In this document: positions 36,450-49,500 of the stretch, in pieces
How the letters are laid out: every line of letters starts with the position of its first letter
Numbering within the stretch: the first letter of the stretch is position 1
Origin: Raillietiella orientalis
Taxonomy: Eukaryota
Assembly (NCBI GenBank): GCA_036172245.1
Contig: JAYWIR010000021.1
Coordinates: 2,356,001 to 2,420,000, forward strand
Direction of reading: 5' to 3'
DNA length: 64,000 bases
The notes under the pieces: model-generated
The model's input: only the letters and a program-made list of their open reading frames with translations
What the model was told of the DNA's origin: nothing
Database searches by the model: none
Made by a program: the position numbers and the translations under genes

Positions 36450-37350
36450 CAACGTCATTCCTTCGTCTTCTCCCTGCGTTTCTTGACTGGATATACTCGC
36501 TCTCCGGTTTCGCAAGCATCCGACTCGGAACCGGCTCCCCGGCTCGAGAGGGAAGAGATCCTGCAGCTTCGAAGAGAGACGCAACGAGACGGGGACGCTC
36601 AGCGCCCGTGAACACACGGGGCTGCCTCATGGCAACCATCAGATCCCTCATGGAAGACCCTTCATGGAAGGCATGTGGAATTCGAAGCTGTCGGTTCCGA
36701 ATGATTGCTGACAGTGGATACCCCTTGGAAATATCCTGGATACGATCAGTTCCCGGGGGATGCATCAGAGAGGAAGAGGTTTCGGAAGATGGAGAAATCT
36801 GACTGCCGTTTGCTGAAATGAAGACTGCAGCAGCTGGAGCCGCTTTCGGCATTCCACTGAGATCAGAAGGCGGTCGGGGCATGGGCTATTCTTGATGCTA
36901 GAGGAATTCCTTGAAGGCTGCGGTGGCTCATCGGCAAGATGGAACAAAGTAGATGCCCAAAACCATTTTCGTGGACTATCAAAAGGAACGGCTGCTCTCC
37001 TCGAATCCTGAGCTTTTAGAATCCTCCGTATCCCCGCGAGATGGACTGAATGGATGCGTTTCGAAGAACCAGAGAGCACCGGAAGCTGTGCGGATGTGGG
37101 GAGCTTGGCGCATCACTGGTCTCGCGTGTGTGGAGTCCCTCTTCGGAGCATCCTTCCCCGAACTCCGAGGACAACCCAAGAGCGCTCGCCACCTCTGCCA
37201 CCACGCCGTGCAGAGCCGGTAGCGGAAGACGTTCCCGTTCCCAAGCCATTCCTTCCTTTTCCCGCGCTCCGCTTTCACGTGAAGTCTGTCAGGGAGTCCT
37301 GGCCGGAGAAAGTCGATCAAGCTCGGTGTGTTTCACATGCCGCATCCATG
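36450..37350 (-). mobile_element. Decayed LINE RT fragment
   Basis: IQDISKGYPLSAII (GIRQG.PLS-like) in ORF 36277..36882. Confidence 0.45.
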
Positions 37351-38119
37351 ATTTCTGGTACCCTCAGGAGCACTACAAGTCCCATGGAAAAGACAAATGC
37401 GAATATTTTTCACGGGAAGGGAGAGAGAAAGAGAGAGAGAGAGGAAGGAAGAGGAGGAGAGGGGAGCGAACGGGAAAGGAGAGGTAAGAAGCGATAGTCT
37501 TCGACACGAGGCTCATTGAATCCTCTTCGTCTTAGCCGGGAAGAGATCGAAGTCGACTCCGCTAGCAGAGTCGCCACCTGAGGGCAGCCAAAGTTCGTCT
37601 TCAAACGAGGCCGGCATTCCTGCTCGAGAAAGGTCACGTAAAAGACATTCGAGGGAAAAGGGATTCTTCGCGGTTTTCAGCTTTGCCATTTTCACAGGAC
37701 CTGCTAGCGCAAAGATGTTTCTTTCAGTGTGCAGATCAACATGCAGCTTAGAAGAAGGATCACGCCGACTAGCAGGCTGGCATCACGCAAGGAAAAGACG
37801 AATGCAGCATATGGGAGAAAGGAGAGGTAATAATAATAATAATGAAAATCGGCAATCATTTGGTTCAAAGACACTAAAAGATCACCAGGCATGGACCCGA
37901 CTGCATAGTAGTCCAGGGAAGGGAAGGGGAAATGAGGGTAACCAAGGTCACCCAGGCACTGTCCCGCCGTCATCCTCGCAGCCAGACTACGACGCAGGCG
38001 TCATTGTTCTCCTGTATTTCTTTCCCGGAGAATGTGAGGTCATTTTGCTGGTCTCGGTGGAGGTAAGATGGACGTCCGCCTTCCGGAGCCATGGAGCAAG
38101 GAGACAGGAAGAGATCTGT

Positions 38120-38465
38120 TCTGTTCGTCCCCAGTCATTGATTATCGAGAGGCACTAGAGAAGGATGAAGAAAATGTATCACATCTCTGTGTCTCCCTCA
38201 CTTCCGTGCATAAACATGCTAAATTCGACATTATTTCCTTCTTCTCAGTTTCTGCAGTTTCCGGGATGTTCGCAGCAGGTACCGCTGCAGCCGCCATATT
38301 TGCGAAATGTTTTCAGCTGCGAACCACCAGTGAATTCTTCCTTTCCGATTGTCTTCTGACTTCCTGGAAGCTGCTGGACCACAGTTTGATTCCATGTCAG
38401 AAGGAACACAGATAAAATGCCCTCTTTTATGTTGGTTCCCTTTTCCTATGGATGCTGTTGAGAAT
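38120..38465. repeat. Unclassified dispersed repeat, copy 1 (direct repeat of 50275-50610)
   Basis: Long near-identical stretches, e.g. TTTCTGCAGTTTCCGGGATGTTCGCAGCAGGTACCGCTGCAGCCGCCATAT, shared with ~50410-50460. Confidence 0.85.
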
Positions 38466-39120
38466 GGGCGTGGAAAGTCGCGACCGCGAACCGAATGCAG
38501 AGCAAAACCGTTAGCGACCGTGAGGTCGGGAGTCCTCGTCGCTTCAGAAGGAAACTGTGGGCAAAAAAAAACTGCCGAAAGGGTTCTTCAGGATGCAGAA
38601 ATAGGACTGCCACCGCGCATCCGCTGCGGAGGAGCTCGCCGAACGCCGACATCACAGGACAGGGGACGCGTTCTCCCCCGTCCAGTGATGCGCACATCCA
38701 CCTCATCCCGACACATGGGCCCTCATGGGACCCCGATTGGGCGGGCCCGCTCGCTTGCGACGGTCAGTCGCGCTGCGGTGCAGTGCACTGCCTCGCAGTT
38801 CCAGGACACACCACAGTGGTCTCCTTCAAGCTGCAAAGTCCTCGAGAGTGTGTTTCGGTCCTGCGCAGAGGTGCCACTAAATACACCGTGGGCATTGACA
38901 CACCTTATGACGGACCTTGACCCTCGATAAAGTGCGCTGCAAAAATCGGCAAAACCGCCACCAGGCGACATGGGGAACGTTTATTCCCCCAAAGGGAAAA
39001 TAAACAGAGTAGAGCGTGAGTGCTACGGGATCCTTCGGGTTGGCGCAGGCTGGCTACTCAGGGAAGGTTGGAAGGAGGAGAGCAAGATGAACAGATAAAT
39101 GTAAAGAGTGGGATGATTAT

Positions 39121-40350
39121 TCACCCGGTTATGTTGGGGCATTTATTACAAAAGTAATAAAAGTACAAGTTGTAGTAAAAGCGTTGGCTCTACTGCGCGC
39201 AATGAACCTGCCGAGGACCGGTACGCAAACCGGCGAGGTCCGCTTCGGCAGTGTGGAGGAAGGGAAAAATCCTGTTCAGGATTCTGGTAAGTTCTGTCTG
39301 GATATTGCCCAGGTGGGACCATCTCGAGGCAGTCATCAGGAAGATCCGCTCCCAGTGGATGGTGTCTCTGCCTTTTCTTCCCGCGTTCCAGGCTGCCACG
39401 ATTCCGCGGGCGCAGCAGAGAACTGCTAGGGACGCGGCTAGCGGCAGAGCGGCACGCGCGAAGAGACGTTTCCAAATGTCACTGGGGCCGCCAACCGGGG
39501 TTCTTAGGGTCGTCGTGAGGCGATCCCAAAGGAATCGGAGGGCAGCACAGTCCGGCAGCAAATGAGGGAGGGTCTCCTTCTTCCCGCACCCGTCGCACTC
39601 TGAGCGTCTACTCTCCGTGTCCAGTGTCCATACAACACCAGCAACGCCGACTGCTGTCACTTGAAAGGGAGCATTGCACTGTTCCAGCACTATGGAAGTC
39701 ACTTCACCTCCTCCAAAGGGATGGGGAGCAGCTCTCTCCAACGTAAAAGTCCGTGGGGTGGGACACTCGGTGTCGCAGCGCCCATGAGTTCCCGAGTTGT
39801 CCACGCGCCCAGAAGTTTAGTCTTTGCTGCTATAGAGCATTTTACTTCCCACCTTCCCGGGATCATGCTGTATCTTGAGTCCGTTAGGGAGGGCAGCACT
39901 GGGGCAAGGTGGTAGACGAGGCAGACCGCATCTTCTGCGGGTCGCGGACGATCTCCTCCAACGCAGGAACGGCGCAGGCTGCGAGTGTTGACGCATCGCT
40001 GTAGGCAGGCGTATTCCACCTCGCTCGCGCCGTGGATCTTTCCCTAGGCGAGGACCGACTCCTAAAGTCAGGTAGTGCAGTTCGAGAGGAGGCAGGAGAT
40101 CCAGATGTTCTCCTCCACCAGGGCAACCATCTGGTGGAGTTGGTATCCGCAACGCCCTCACCAATCTCTCGCGAGCGATGAGAAGGGATGTGGGTTCTTC
40201 GTAGCCGGTTGCGCTCTTCGCGAGGAGCCGTGCTGGTGTGCACCAGGATGTTGTCCATGGTCGCGCTGCTAGGGCGAGTCTTCTGAGTTGGAGCTGACTC
40301 TCCATCTTCTCCAACGTAAGGAATTTCAATCTGCCATCTTATGAGGAACA
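39121..40350 (-). mobile_element. 5'-truncated L1/Tx1-like LINE (ORF2 C-terminus and 3' UTR)
   Basis: ECDGCGKKETLPHLLPDC Zn finger and C-terminal ...IFLMTASRWSHLG (ORF 39190..39804); 3'-end motif at 39121-39147. Confidence 0.78.
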
Positions 40351-40641
40351 CACAAGTCTTTGAGTCTGACTATGGACTTCCCTGTGTCCCAGAGGGCTTT
40401 TCTCAGGAGGTTTGCTGTCTTCCTCTTGACGTCAGATGGGTCGGGAAAACAAAAAGCAGAAGACGGAAAAGGAGAGCCGCAAACAAGTTCCGTACCGAAA
40501 AGTGAGATGATGGAAATCCCTTTGGGATTCTTTCTTGCTTTCCTGCTTTCCTTCTAGCTTTTTTTTTCCTTTTCGGGTTTTCTGTTTTTCGGTTCGCCAG
40601 GTGCTGAAGGACTGCTTGCCTGCAGGTTCGCGAAGTTCTGT

Positions 40642-41877
40642 GACACACCGCTCACGCCAGCCGGAGGTACGTGTTGACTCTTCGAGTTATAGGGGTACCT
40701 TGGAAGGGGACCACCCTATGAATCCAGGAAGAGATCCAGAGGAATGTGTCCGTTCTTCCCGCGCTTGGGAGGGGAACTCGGAAATAAACCTCCGACCTGG
40801 TTGTCTCCGAAGGGAACCTCGGAGGGAAGAACTTGTTCTCTCCGGAGAAACCCTATTTAGGGGGAACCACTCCTCGTTTCTTCTCCAGAGGGACCCCCGG
40901 ATGCTCTCCTAATTTTTCCCTCTGAAGATAACCCCGAAGGAATTCTTACCTATTTCCCTTAAGAATACTTCCCGAAGGGAACGGTGCTCTTCTGATACAC
41001 TGGGAAGGCGACTCTCCGAAAAGAATACCAACCAGCTCCATACTACTCGATCAAGGGCCCACCCAAAGGGAGGGAACGGTTCCTTTTTCACTACCGGAGG
41101 CGGAGAACCCCGAAGGGCTCCTTGATGTCTTGGAAGGATCCCTGACAGTTGACTTCCGACCCCGAACAGTCAACGGGGGCACACAACCGGTACCGGCTTC
41201 CACCAGTGCTGCAAGTGTTCCAGCGTGGAACCCCCGGAGGAAACCCCAGAGACATTTTAAAGCGCCTCTTCCTGCGCAACGTCCTTACGCCGGCAGCATC
41301 TCCAGCAGCACTGCACTGCTCACGTGGCGGGATCGTGGCGTCAGAGGAGGCCAGGAAGACAGGGACACCACCTACTTTGCTGTCCTCTTCATGAGGATAG
41401 CGTCAAGATGGCCGCATCTGGGAACCATGAGACAGGAACTTGCCGGTATCCTTACAAGGGTTCAGAGGACACCTCCAGCGCACATTGACCCCTTTCCGAC
41501 CCCCGCTTTTTAACTGCATGTTTTTTTGTTTTATTTTTTTCTTTTTGTTCGTCTCCCTTTCCCTGTACTGCTGATGCGGACCCCTCTGGCCTGCGTGCCA
41601 GTTTCCGGAAGGTTCCTTCTCGTATTCATGAGTAACGTGGCAGGTTCGAACGTCCTGCCACAAACGCTTACTTTTTACAAATAAACGCCCCAGCGTGACC
41701 GGTGTCAACCAGTGCTGTATCCGAATGCAAGCCAGTCCAGATCATTCTGCGGGGAAAACTCGAAATCCACGACACATCCATTTCCCGGTGGATCGACCCT
41801 TCCCCGGGAGGGATTCAAACCCGCTACGATCGGTGCCGCTCACGGAGGCCACGACCGCACGGCCTCCCGCGCAGGTC
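40642..41877 (-). mobile_element. tRNA-derived SINE family A, copy 3, split by a LINE insertion
   Basis: Tail 40642-41213 and tRNA-like head 41708-41877 (rc GGGAGGCCGTGCGGTCGTGGCCTCCG...GCGGGTTTGAATCC) both match copies 1 and 2. Confidence 0.75.
41214..41707 (+). mobile_element. Short 5'-truncated Tx1/L1-like LINE 3' end, with 12-bp target-site duplication
   Basis: DILKRLFLRN...LFMRIASRWPHLG homologous to the 39.2 kb copy; flanked by ACCAGTGCTGCA (41202-41213) and ACCAGTGCTGTA (41708-41719). Confidence 0.8.
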
Positions 41878-41879
41878 GA

Positions 41880-43900
41880 ATCCGCCAGACTCCAGATGCC
41901 AGAAGTCTCCCCTCTGCTCGTCCTCCACCCGTTCTTCCCGCCGTATGGGACCCGGCCAACACTTCCTGCTGCCGAGGAGTCTCGCATTCGCTCTTTGCCG
42001 GCACACCTCTCGCGTGCACTGGGAAGCATCCCGACGCGAAACGTAATTGAGGAGGTCGGAGGGGGCCACGACAGCGCGAAGCGGCGCCACGGCAGCTTTC
42101 CAAGGGGGGCCATCAGGGAGAAGAAGCAGGGCTCTTTGCAGGCGTTTCCGAGTTCCCCGGGGAGGCACCACAACATGAAAGGAGTTCTAGGATAGAGCTC
42201 GCTTCTGCTTCCCCCCCTCGCCTTTCACATACTTCCTGGAGACGCTTCCCTCGTCCGCCTTCGGTCGGAGCCGGCTAAGATCCGATGGGAAGATCCGATG
42301 CACGAAGAGCGAATCAGAATGCTGCTGCCCTCAGGGAGGAAGAGCACCAAGCTGTCCACGGATGAGGTGGAGAATGTCGAGTTGCAAGGAGCGGAGGCGC
42401 TCTGTCCTGCCTCGTCGAAGCAGCCCTTTCGCATTGGGGCACTGAAGGCCGCTGAGCTTACCAGCTGGTCCGCTGAGCACCGTCTCCGCAGTTTCGCCGC
42501 TCCTGGAGCAGGGCGAGAAAATTCCCGCCTTGCCGGTTGTCAGTAATCTATTTCCCTCCCAGGTTGTGGACGGGTAAAATTACAGGGAAATCCCCGTGGT
42601 GAAGATCTGGGTGTCCACTCCTCCTCCTTCCGCACTGTGGTTTGAGAAGGCTACAGGCAATCCACTCATACTCTTCTTGCCTCAGGAAGACGAACTGCTG
42701 CCATGGGAATCCCAATCCCAGGAGCCTACTCCGGTCTTGGCCGCGAGGAAGTGGCGGCGCCACCCTCTCGCAACCGTCCGCGCTTTCCTGGATCTCTATC
42801 TCGAACAAGCTCCGATGCCGCTCTCAATTTCCGGTCATCAAGGACCTACGACCTTCGAGGTTTGGAGGTGGACTCACAACTTCGCCTTCTTCATCGCGAC
42901 GACGGAGAGTCCCGGGTCCCTCCGCGAGGCAGCGAGATCTTCGAAAGGCAAATTTCTGGGTCCTGCTGCCCCCCGAAATGCCTTCCCCATAGAGCCGTTG
43001 GTCTTACACCTCTCCTCGTGAGAGCGGATGGTCGTTGAAAGTGACGTCAATGATTGCATCGACTCAGGAAAGGCCCATGCTGGCTCGCGTGTGGCTGGGA
43101 CACTCCGAGCGTCTCGGGTGGAGAATCGGCGTTGAAAAGCGAGGGTGCGTCGTAGGTTCCGAGTTCCCCTCTCAGGATGATGCTGGTTGACTACACGGAC
43201 TTGGGGTGCTGCTCTGGGGGAAACCCGATTCCTCCGCTGACCGGCCGGGATGCGAAGGTTACCCTCCGGGGTCCTTCAAGAATCAATGAGTCCTTCGAAG
43301 TTCCCCTTCTCCAGTTGTGAAGAAGGAGCTGTTCCGCCCCGCAGAGGCAGAAGGGGGGGAACCCTTCATTAAACAGAAAAAAAAAAAAACTCACGTAAGC
43401 AAGGAGGGATCCTGGACGGTTTGGGAGACCCAGTGCCTTCAAAGGGCACCCCCTGTTTCGGCAGGAAAAGGTCTTCTTCAGGTCTTCCGTCTAAAGCTCT
43501 GGTGCTCTTTTTCAGTAGACTGCTCCTTCTTCTTACTCTTGACGATCTGGGAGTTGGGAGTGTTCAAAGTCCGCGGCGCGACTCCAAGAGTCTGCTCACG
43601 CGAAACGGCTTGGCTTCTTCCAGAGTGGGCGCACGCCCTTTCCACGCTGATCGCAGAGCCAGTCAACCTCTTGGAAGGAGCATCCACGCGGTTTCGAAGC
43701 CTGCCCGACAGCTGTACCGACTACCGGGATCGGACATACGGATCTCCCTGGCCTCCTCATTAGGGAAGGAGAGGCACCTCAGCTGATCGAAGGGAGCAGG
43801 GCACGTCTTCTGTCTTCCTGATCAGCTGATGTGAGCGAAGCAAGAGAGGAGCCATTGTAAGGAAGGGCAGCCCGCGCTCTCCCGCTCTGCCCGCCTCCCG
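41880..43900 (-). mobile_element. Decayed RTE-like LINE ORF2, interrupted by SINE copy 4
   Basis: Minus-strand LLKKSTRALDG (~43500), SMGKAF (~42990), FEIEIQESADG (FIDF.KAFD-like, ~42800), GIPMAAVRL (~42710), LRAVVAPSDLLNY (~42050). Confidence 0.55.
43070..43340 (+). mobile_element. tRNA-derived SINE family A, copy 4 (5' part only, diverged)
   Basis: GTGCGTCGTAGGTTCCGAGTTCCCC...GGGTCCTTCAAGAATCAATGAG...GTTCCCC matches the reverse complement of 10040-10225. Confidence 0.65.
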
Positions 43901-44499
43901 ACAGGGATGGAGGATTCCGTCCATCAAGGAAGGGTCGTCAGGTCTTGCGCGCTACTCCTTCGCTTGCTGGGAGCGCCTTCTGCCCACAGTCGCAGCGCGG
44001 GTGGTCTCTGTCCGCGGGGTCGCAGGCACGCAAGAAGCAGCACGCGCTCTCTACCAATGATGTCTCTAGCGCCCGCGCACGACCACCCGATAGCGGAGGT
44101 AGAAACGAGGAGGGAAATGGGGGGGAGAAGAGGAGTTGAGCCCGTAGCTGTTTGCTACGTGATGGCGCCCGTCACTCCGCGTCTTCAGGGAGCTTTCCTC
44201 GGGAGGCCGCGCCGCTTCGCTTGGGCGGCCGAACGCAGATGGACCCGTTGTCCGATCCAGCTGGGACGAGCCCCTTTTAGAGTGTCCCCGGGGGAGCTAA
44301 CGTTGCAGCAGAATTCCACAAAAAACGAAGGGCGAAAAGCCCTGCGCACCTGTAGTAGCCCACTGGAGCGAGTCAGTGGGTCGAGTAGGGGGCGGAAAGG
44401 GGGTAGTTATCGTTGTCGACCATCTGTGGTGGTTTGACCAGAGACACACCTGCTCGCGCGCGTTGTCCTAGGAGGGCTGATGCCCCGCGGCCGTTCATA

Positions 44500-46900
44500 A
44501 ACTAAAAGTCATCCGCGTGAGGAGAGAGGTTCGTCGGATGGGCGGCAGCTTCAGACTTTTTCTGCTCCACACCCGAGTTTTCCGCCGTCGTGCTCTTCCT
44601 GTTCTCGAATGATTCAGGGAGCCGAATGTGCCCAAAGAGTTGCGCGCTGGGTGATCTTTTCCTAGCCGCTGCATTACTTAGGTCTGCTACGCGGTCGTTT
44701 GGAAGGCATCCTGACCGGAGGATGCCGCAAATGCGCTTGATGTCCAACGCCGCGATTCCGTCGCTGAACTTGTTCGCATCCTTTCCTGGAAATACCGCCT
44801 CCCTAGGGATTTCAAGATCGCAGTAACCCGACACTGACCTGGGATCCTTCTTTTTCGAATGCTGACTTTGCGTTTTCAAATCCGTCGCTGGTCTCGAACG
44901 TCAATAGGAGTCCCCTTTTCTGAGGAAAAGACATCGACGCCGGAGTCCTTGTGGTTCTCGTTCCCGGACATCCCACCGTTCGTGCACCGCCTCCCTCTTC
45001 TGCAGTAGGACAAGGCATGGTACCTTCCTATGGTGACGTCCTCGAAGGTTGGGAATGTGCGGCTGCATTTCTCAAAATCTTCTGATGAAACACATGAAGA
45101 AGGACCGACCTCCTACCTGCTTCTTAGCCACGCAGATGAGAGGAAGGACGCGAAGCACAGCGTGTATGGTTCTGTGGATGCTCCCCGCCGTAGGGCAGGT
45201 GCGATCCCACTCGTCACATGAATTTACCCTGATGGGGATGTTTCTCATTAAGGAATTGCCCTCCTCCACTCTGCTGAGTAATGCGAGCTCTGGAGGTGAA
45301 CTTTCGACTCTGGTCTGGGATCGAAAGCCGCCATCATCGCTTCGTCATCCTGGAAATGCGGAAGTGCATGCATCCCAAAGGATGACCTTATTTCACCCGT
45401 ATTCGAGAAAACTTGCCGGCAGTGCATTCGAGCGAGCACTCCGTCGATGGAGGTTTTCTGTGTTCCTTCTTCTACCACCTATTGACTTCCCGGGAGAGGT
45501 CGGGAACAGTCGGATGGCTAGTTCGAAGAAGCTGTTTGGGCTAATCGCTCCTGCTTCCTTCGGAAGCCCCACAATGATAAGTCATCATTTTGGTCATCCT
45601 GCATGCTTGCGTTCGTGCTCCGCGTCTCTGGGAAATCGGGAGCACCGTTCCATCTCCCGGACTCTTCCCTGTTGGTGATGGTTCAGTTCCCCGTCGAGTG
45701 CGTAGTTCCTCATCTTTCCGAAAGAAGCCAGCACTGCTTGAACGCAGGTATTTCCCTTTCTTCTAATGCGTTTCATTTTTTCCTCCGTGAAAATGTACAA
45801 AGAAAAAGAAGTCCTTAGGATCGTCTCCTCGCGAGCATGATGATGTGTTATTTGTTTTGCATTCGATGTTTTACGGACGGGATCAGGAGCATCCTGATTG
45901 GATTGATCGTGACGGGTTCGGGATATCAACATTTCTGACGTCTGATGAGAATGAAGACACAGAGCCGCACGCTGCATTCCTAGCAGAACCTCACTTGCCA
46001 ATGCAGGCTGGATGAGTCCTGCTCTTTTCTTAGAATGCCAATGCAGGGGACGACTCCGCATTGGCATTGATGTCTCCGCTGGTCTCTAACAAGTTGAGAT
46101 CTAGCTCGAAGAGGCCGTTCGTCGTAGCCGGAGCAACGGATTTATTGCTGCAGCCGTTTCAGTTCTATGGGGTATGGTCTGCTCTCAATGGGTCCACTGT
46201 TGCGTAATTTATGGCAGCTAAGCGTTCAAGGAACAGGGGAAAACCTCAACTGTTTACCATGGAGTACGGAAGGATTTGAGTGCGGGAGCGGCTTCAGTCG
46301 AAGAAGCTCCACCGGTTCCATTTATCTTATGCGATTGCTCTCCCGTGGATTTCCATCATGCGATTCCATTGGTGTCCTCACTTGGAGTAGGGAGATGCGC
46401 TGGGGTGGTTTCTTTTGCTACGTTCGTTAGAGACATCTGAGAAAATGGCGTGCGCGGCATTTCTTGAGGGTTGAAGACAAAGTCCATAGAGGTATTGGCT
46501 CTGGCTGGCAGAGAGATCCTCAGAAACCAAGCGCACAAGGAGGCTGGTTCACTGTCCTTGCTCCCGGCTACGTAGCGCAAGGACGAGATGCAATGCACGA
46601 ACACGAAGTGTTTTCGGTGTTTCCCAGGATGATGATCCACGTCATCCGACACCTTGGATTGGATGTGCTTCAAAGCCGCCGCTTCGGCATGGTGAGATCC
46701 TTGGCCAGAGATACGGGTAGGATCGAAAGAGATCGGCCAGGCCATCTATCGTGGATGAAAAAAAAAGGTCAGACGAAGAATGCGAAGCTGGCAATCTGAG
46801 TTCGTTCTTCTGATCACTTTTCCGAGGAACGGTTCCCGACAGCCCTGCATTGCCCTGGAACTGAACCGAAGGCATGCAGAGGACGCAGTGAACCAGAGTT
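44500..46900 (-). mobile_element. Decayed LINE ORF2 (RT and C-terminus)
   Basis: Minus-strand KSTGEQ (~46350), AINYATV (~46200), AREETILRTSFSLYIFTE (ORF 45594..46067) and a DDL motif (~45585), in the expected order. Confidence 0.55.
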
Positions 46901-47899
46901 CCTTTCTTGCTGGAGAAAGGATTTCTGGACCAAGGAGGCAGCAGTGATCTTCCTTACCTTTTGCTCCCAGAAAGTTTGTGCTGACCTTCTCTGATGGAAA
47001 CAAGGATGATGCGCAAGCGAGCATCCACAGAAATCTATCACTCTTGTGCATCTTTTCTGTCTCAGTCGATGTTGGCTTCCCAAAGAACGGCCTCGAGTCC
47101 CCGCCGAAGAAGTCTCCAGCTCCGGCTCGGCACTGTCAGAAACCAGGTAAATGGATGGTATCGTGGGGTCGAGGGACTGGCTGCCTGCTTGCATCTGTGT
47201 GGGAGGTGCCCTTGCGTGAGTCACGGGTCGTCACGTCCACTTGACAGCCACCAGAACAGTGCAGAAGAAGTTGGAAACAGATTCATCGATAGAGTCCATT
47301 CGCAGCATTTGAGTCTACAAAAAAAATAAAAGAAACGAAAAGAAAAAGAAAAGCGTAATGAAGATGAAGAAGGAAGATGACGGAGATGTCATGTGATTAA
47401 TGGAGTCGGGATTAATCCACACGCAGTTCCCGGGCACGTTGAAGAAAAGGGAGAAACTGCAGCCACCGCGGAGTGTAAGTACTCGAAGAACGGCGAAGTT
47501 CGAATAGGGGGAAAGGAGAGCGTTGCGGGCTCAGCCAGTCGCAAGCGTCCCGCGCATGATGGATGGCCCCACAAGAAACGGAATCGCGAAAATCCAGAGA
47601 TTATTGATGACAGGTTTCCACACGCACCCGTGCCATGCGATCGAAACGACATCTATTTTTCAAACGAATCAGGGCAACAGGAAAGGCAAGATGGTCACGT
47701 CTTCGCGGTGGCTCACAGCTGGGATTTCGAGACAAGAGAGCACGGGAAGCAATGAAGAGGAGGACTTGATGTCATCAAAGACTCAGTTTGTTCCAAAGGT
47801 TATTCCTTCCAATCTGTCAACCTTCTGGAGGAGGGGTTGCTCTTATTAAAGACTGCTGCGAAATCCGAAGCTGAGAAATCAAACACCTTGACTTTGGAA

Positions 47900-49500
47900 C
47901 TTCAGAGAGATGGATGAAATCCTAGAAGATTCGCAGAGAACGCACAGCTCGAGGTGTCTCATTCCAAGTGGTGCACTTTGCCTCATAGCTCTTTCCCGTT
48001 CAGCTAGCTTAATATGATGGCCCCGGAAGCTGCGCGCATGAAATCTACTATGTTCATAACGGAGCCATCGGAGCAAAAACTTCCGAACTTCCGCAATTGA
48101 TTCCTTCCTTTTTATTTTTATTTTTTCCATCTCCTTTACTCTCTCTTGAAACGATCCCAAGTGCCTTCAATAAGATCGGTCCGGGCTATCTTGGAACCCA
48201 TAAATTTCATTGTCGCTGCTTTTAAATCGGGCAAAGCAAATCTTCCCTGGATTCAGAGAACCAGCATCTTTCGGAAACTCTCAAATGAGCCGCTTGGACA
48301 CGCAGGGGCTTGCTTTTCCAGCTCGAAGGCAGTTTGAAGATGAGTGGGATTTTGTTTGAGGAAGGAAGTCTATCCTGGTTTCTGAAAGCACCTGAACCTG
48401 ACCTCAGAATGTCAACACGAGGTGCGCGGGGAGCGAACCCAAATTGCTTCCGTGTTTGAGGGAGGAATGTCATCAAAGAGGCACGAGTGGCTTGTCGCTG
48501 ATCGCTGGAATCCAGAAAAGAGCTCCGGAAAGGTGCTGATAAGGGATGAGGAAGCTGGCAGAAATTTCTGATCGGAGAGGATGCAGAGCTGGCACCACCT
48601 GATCAGCAGTTTTCTTCGAATCTGTGCACCTTGAAGTTGAACAGCTTCGCTTTGCAGTTCCATGCACCGCTCAGACTTTTCTGACCTCAATGAGCCGCAG
48701 CTTCCAGATGAGCAGGTCAGATCGGCCGTATACTGGTCCGTTGACACATGAGCTCCATCCATGCATCATCTGTTGACTGAACGAGGGTCATTGCTTGGAT
48801 GTGCCTCCGTCACCCTGTTGAACTCGTCAGAGCAGTGAGTCAGAGCCGTCTGAAGTTTTCGAGTGGACAGGCAGCTTCCATCATCCTCTTCGGGATGTTC
48901 AAGGGGTGTTACACGCGAGGATCAAAAGCAAAAAGGAGTCGCAGTCATCGTGGGATCATTTTCGTCTCTCTGTGCACAGAAGTATCTGTACGTCCCCGTG
49001 TACCTCACGATGCGTGGGAACAGCTCGTCATTTCGAGCCAGCGACTCGACTCTGCGTGCTCTTTGCACAGTCAGCGTTCCAGTAAGTCCGGTGAGCTGTT
49101 AAAGGATGCCGGGGAGCATGTTAATCACCTTAAAGGCGTCAACACGGAGCACAAAGACTTTTTAGTGGTGCTCCACAATGCACCCGCTTGTTTTTCTTCC
49201 ACTCTCTGCGTCCCAATGTGCTCATCTTCCGTGTGTCTTTTCGGCGGTAAAATCGTCAGAAGCCGAAGCGAGCCACCCTCCTGATTTCGGGAACTGCAGC
49301 TCCTCTAAGTGACAAGCTGCTTGATGGAGCTCTGCTCGAAGGAAGCACGGAGGCGCTATTGGTCTCAACTCCTTGGAGTGCAAGATCTGAGGACCTGTGG
49401 AGCTGGAAACACCAGGGAAAGACGCAAGTCTCTGTTTTTCCCGGTTAATTTTAGCTCCAGTCACGTCGGCATGCTGACGAAATGCAAGGCATCCATCATC
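47900..49500 (-). mobile_element. Decayed LINE RT fragment (RTE-like)
   Basis: Minus-strand RVQQGDG (~48810) followed by HVSTDQYTADL (ORF 48412..48762). Confidence 0.55.

Noticed and set aside
42990..43060. HDV-like ribozyme core (CTC-TCCTCGT-GAG...GG)
   Set aside because: P1 has a mismatch and there is no P2 partner or correctly placed catalytic C; it lies inside a minus-strand RT remnant.
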